Origin: Nitrospirota bacterium
GTDB lineage: Bacteria; Nitrospirota; UBA9217
Assembly (NCBI GenBank): GCA_963845065.1
Contig: CAWJQQ010000006.1
Location: 288,001-352,000 of the forward strand
Direction: 5' to 3'
Length of the DNA: 64,000 nt
Every line of letters starts with the position of its first letter. The first letter of the stretch is position 1. Under the pieces are notes generated by a model. That model saw only the letters and a program-made list of their open reading frames with translations. It made no database searches and was not told the origin of the DNA. Below, one piece after another: positions 60,607 through 64,000 of this stretch. Both the position numbers and the translations under genes were made by a program.

Positions 60607-63402
60607 TCACACCGACGCTCCAGCCGCTTCCATAGCGGACATGATCTTGCCAATCCCTTCGTAGTCCACGGCTTCTGCGTCCGTGAACCCTGTATAATCC
60701 GGATCGATCATCGTGAGCGAACGCGCCTGTTCGGCATCCCTCCGGTCCATTGATGTGAGAGCATGTTTAATCCGCTCTGCCATTGCCCGGTCCATGTCCT
60801 TCGAGACGCAGATATTGAATTCAGGGATATCGATCGATGTTTTTATCACGGTGAGGCCACGGCCTTCAAATAACTTTGCCGTTGATTCACGAATACCGCC
60901 GGCGTCGTACTCGCCATCTAGTACCGCGGCCGCCACGGTATCATGGTGTCCGAGGAACGAGTGGTGCTTCAGATCGTCCAGTCCAATCCCCGCGTCCGCC
61001 AACATCGCGCGGGGAATCAGGTAACTCGATGTAGACATTCTGTCGCCGAAAGCGAAACGCTTTCCTTTTATCGCTTCTACGGACGAAATTTCGCCGCCCG
61101 ACCGTACGACAATGACAGAATGAGTAACGGGCACGCCGTTACGAAGTGCCTTAACAAGGAGCACTGCCCCGAATTTTTTCTTCGCTTCTATATAGGTCGT
61201 TGGTGTCAAAAAAGCTAGTTGCGTCACACTTTCCTCAAGGTCCTTGAGCGTTTGCGCAAAATCGACTGCCGTTGACAACTCTACCCTTCGTCCAATAGAC
61301 CGCGACAGATAGTCAGCGAGCGGAGTAAAGCGACGGTACATTTCTGCTGGCGAGTCGAGTGGGATCACTCCCATCATCAAGGCACCATCCACGGTATTGC
61401 GTCGTCCTTTTGTCACCGTCATAGTGCCGATTTCCTGGTTCAACAAATCCGCCTGCTCCCCCAAGGTCGTGAGCGCGCCAGCCATATCTTCGACCCCCCT
61501 CATGTTCCTGCGCGGGAGGTCCTGGATCTGTTCAAGGGTGTTGAGAACCTGCTGAACTGCCTGTCTCTGTTCCGCCGTCCCTGAAGCGATCTTGCCGGCG
61601 CGCATGGTCACGTTATCCGCGGCTTCGGCAATCTGCTTTCCACCGCGCCCCTGTTCTGTCATGGCGATGCGGACCCGCCGAGCGATGTCCCGCATTTCCT
61701 CGGCCGCACTCAAGATCATCTCTGTACCCTTGCTCTGTGCCTGTGTCGCTGAAGCTATTTGCAGCGTCATCTGCTTGACGTTCGCAATGGCTTCGCCTAC
61801 TTGTTTGATACCGCGAGCCTGCTCGCTCATGGCCCGATCAATCATGGTGGCCATCTCAGTCGAACGGGTTGAACTGGCCAGCATCTTGTCAAGAGCAGCT
61901 GCTGCCCCTCGGACACGCCTTACACCTTCTTCAACCGCCATCAGACTCTCTGACATTGCAGCAACGGCCTCTTTGGCCTCTTTCTGGACAGACGTAATGA
62001 GTTTTCCGATGTCCTGGGCTGACCCGGCAGTCCGGTCAGCGAGTGCCTTGATCTCTTCAGCTACGACAGCAAAGCCTTTACCGTGTTCCCCCGCCTGGGC
62101 TGCAAGGATCGAAGCGTTCAACGCCAGTAGGTTCGTCCGCTCCGTTACCTCAACGATCACACCGAGGATCTTGCCGATCTCCTCGGACCGTTTCCCGAGC
62201 CGTGTCACCACGCTGGAATAGCGCTCCACTGCGTCCTTGATAGTATTGATGGCGTCCATGGTCTCATGGATCGATCTGACGGCCATATCCTTTGCATCTG
62301 CAGAGACCTGCTGCGAGAGCTTCGTGGACTCCTTGGCTGTCCGCTCCACTTCACGTACCGTTGCCTCAATCTGGATCGCTGACGCAGACGTCTCTTCTGC
62401 CGCGGACGAGAGGCTTTCGACATGGCCAGCAACCTCGCGAATCGACGCGATCATTTCGGTGACAGATGTCGTAACGTCTTCAACAGAAGACGTAAGCTCT
62501 CCCGTATGACGGGCGACTTCCTGATTCGTCGCGTTCATCTCGAGAATGGCCGAAGACGTTTCTTCCGCCGAAACCGACAAGCTTTCAGCGCTTTCGGCGA
62601 TCCCCTGTATGGACGAAGATATCTTTGCAACAGATGTGGAAACATTCGAAATGGCTTGGGATTCAACCTCGGCGTTTTGTCTGACCTCGCGTCCGTCCGT
62701 CGCAATGACAGGGCTCAACTTGTTGATCCGAGCTGATATCGCGATCATTTCGACAATGAACTGTTCCAGGCGTGAGATCAGGTAATTGATGCTATCAGCA
62801 AACTCGCCAATTTCATCATTGTTGACCGCTGTAACGCGCCCGGTGAAGTCCTTTCGATCAATCAAATCCTTCAGCGCTCTTCGAATCTTTTTTACCGGAT
62901 TCGTGATTGTCCGAGTAACCGAAAAAAAGAGGATTCCTGAAATGATCACAAAGATAATCACATCTTCGATGAATGCGCTGATGGCAAAGGCACGAAGTTT
63001 CATATTCAGTGCGGAAGGAAATACGATGATATGGATTTCTCCCAGACGGGTCGCGTTCGATGTAATCGGCATCGGGCTTAGCTCGATCTGAATATTCGAA
63101 TGTGATGATTTACTTTCTTGGATTAGTTTATTGCCTGTGCTGTCAAAGATCGTCACTTCTTGAGCGTCGGGTGTCTGCATAAAATTCTGCACCATGGTAT
63201 GCAGACCGACGACATCTGCCGTGAGGATAAAAGGCGCGGCCAGTCCCGCCATAAGCTGACAGGACTGTTCACCATGAACGCGCGCAGTGTTAATGATTTC
63301 CTGCTTTGCCATGAAATAGCGGTACATCCCGATGGGCCCCATAACCAGTAACAGACCCGTAAAGATCACGATTATGAGCTTCTGTCTAACGCCGATACGC
63401 AC
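60607..63402 (-). CDS. Methyl-accepting chemotaxis protein with C-terminal PhnD-like solute-binding domain
   Basis: MCP hairpin tip [26 protein letters not shown] followed by [50 protein letters not shown]. Confidence 0.93.
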   Translation of the reverse strand: MRIGVRQKLIIVIFTGLLLVMGPIGMYRYFMAKQEIINTARVHGEQSCQLMAGLAAPFILTADVVGLHTMVQNFMQTPDAQEVTIFDSTGNKLIQESKSSHSNIQIELSPMPITSNATRLGEIHIIVFPSALNMKLRAFAISAFIEDVIIFVIISGILFFSVTRTITNPVKKIRRALKDLIDRKDFTGRVTAVNNDEIGEFADSINYLISRLEQFIVEMIAISARINKLSPVIATDGREVRQNAEVESQAISNVSTSVAKISSSIQGIAESAESLSVSAEETSSAILEMNATNQEVARHTGELTSSVEDVTTSVTEMIASIREVAGHVESLSSAAEETSASAIQIEATVREVERTAKESTKLSQQVSADAKDMAVRSIHETMDAINTIKDAVERYSSVVTRLGKRSEEIGKILGVIVEVTERTNLLALNASILAAQAGEHGKGFAVVAEEIKALADRTAGSAQDIGKLITSVQKEAKEAVAAMSESLMAVEEGVRRVRGAAAALDKMLASSTRSTEMATMIDRAMSEQARGIKQVGEAIANVKQMTLQIASATQAQSKGTEMILSAAEEMRDIARRVRIAMTEQGRGGKQIAEAADNVTMRAGKIASGTAEQRQAVQQVLNTLEQIQDLPRRNMRGVEDMAGALTTLGEQADLLNQEIGTMTVTKGRRNTVDGALMMGVIPLDSPAEMYRRFTPLADYLSRSIGRRVELSTAVDFAQTLKDLEESVTQLAFLTPTTYIEAKKKFGAVLLVKALRNGVPVTHSVIVVRSGGEISSVEAIKGKRFAFGDRMSTSSYLIPRAMLADAGIGLDDLKHHSFLGHHDTVAAAVLDGEYDAGGIRESTAKLFEGRGLTVIKTSIDIPEFNICVSKDMDRAMAERIKHALTSMDRRDAEQARSLTMIDPDYTGFTDAEAVDYEGIGKIMSAMEAAGASV

Positions 63403-63502
63403 GTTTTCCTCCTAAAGCAAAATACAATAAAATAGACTGTTATGAATATAAATTGCACAAACCACAGCCTACCGTCCGCATGTCGTCAACTGACATCTTC
63501 TG

Positions 63503-64000
63503 TTAAAATTTAAACCCTTGCAGCACCGTTTGGAGCGCGTCTGCTTTTGATTTGAGCGTCTGCACCGCCATATCCATTTCGATCGACACGTCGACCGTAT
63601 CCTGCGTTATCTTTTGAATGCGCGTAATCGCCTCGCTTATCTGTTGCACGCTAAGGCTCTGCTCCTGAGTAGAGCGGGCGGACTGGGCGGCCTGCACGGT
63701 GACCGACTCAACAGCATTGGCAATTTGCCTGCTGCCCGTGGTCTGCTCCTGTGTGGCACTTTTCACCTGCCGTGTGATATCGCGCATCCGCTCTGCAGCC
63801 TTCACGATCCGCTCACTCCCTATGCGTTGTTCCTGAAGTGCATTGGCAATCTGTTCAATTTGCTCAGCGATACTTATAGACGTTTCCGTGATTTGCGACA
63901 CACCCTTTGCCTGCTCACCTGTGGTCTTCTCGATGGCTCTCGCCACTTCAGCCGACTGCAGGGAACTGTCCGCCACCTGCTTAAGCACGTCACTGGTCAC
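63503..64000 (-). CDS. Methyl-accepting chemotaxis protein, C-terminal part
   Basis: Repeated methylation-helix motifs (TGEQAKG, QEQRIG, TQEQTTG); ends GFKF; 5' part outside window. Confidence 0.88.
   Translation of the reverse strand: MTSDVLKQVADSSLQSAEVARAIEKTTGEQAKGVSQITETSISIAEQIEQIANALQEQRIGSERIVKAAERMRDITRQVKSATQEQTTGSRQIANAVESVTVQAAQSARSTQEQSLSVQQISEAITRIQKITQDTVDVSIEMDMAVQTLKSKADALQTVLQGFKF

Noticed and set aside
1..64000. CRISPR arrays, tRNA/rRNA genes, prophage or defence systems
   Set aside because: No repeat-spacer periodicity, RNA gene signature or such protein motifs seen; almost all long ORFs are accounted for.

Overview
Chromosomal window from an anaerobic bacterium; protein style and gene order suggest a non-nitrifying Nitrospirota or Desulfobacterota-like organism (inference). 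Positions 1-20.5 kb are mostly housekeeping genes: dnaG (partial), mutS2, yqeY, rpsU, argJ/argC, rpsI/rplM, rpsB-tsf-pyrH-frr, a stand-alone atpB-atpE pair, gltX, pdxA, an AI-2E transporter and a LOG protein. Positions 25.4-46.6 kb hold a minus-strand Wood-Ljungdahl/C1-folate supercluster: cooC, fau, folE, hdrC-hdrB-hdrA-mvhD-metV-metF, panB, thyX, acsF, panG-like, acsE-acsD-acsC-acsB, a deletion scar and fhs. mvhD is split in the ORF track by an in-frame UGA at a conserved Cys followed by a SECIS-like hairpin, so it is very likely a selenoprotein. No CODH catalytic subunit, folD or formate dehydrogenase lies in the window. Positions 52.4-64 kb hold a chemosensory cluster (three long MCPs, cheW, HEAT protein, cheR, cheB, coiled-coil/GAF protein, cheY); one MCP carries a PhnD-like solute-binding domain at its cytoplasmic C-terminus. 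Mobile or decayed DNA includes an intact IS4 element with a 9-bp TSD, a 221-bp MITE, an IS4 remnant, an IS200/IS605 right-end relic, REP-like palindromes and several pseudogenes. No rRNA, tRNA or CRISPR array was recognised.
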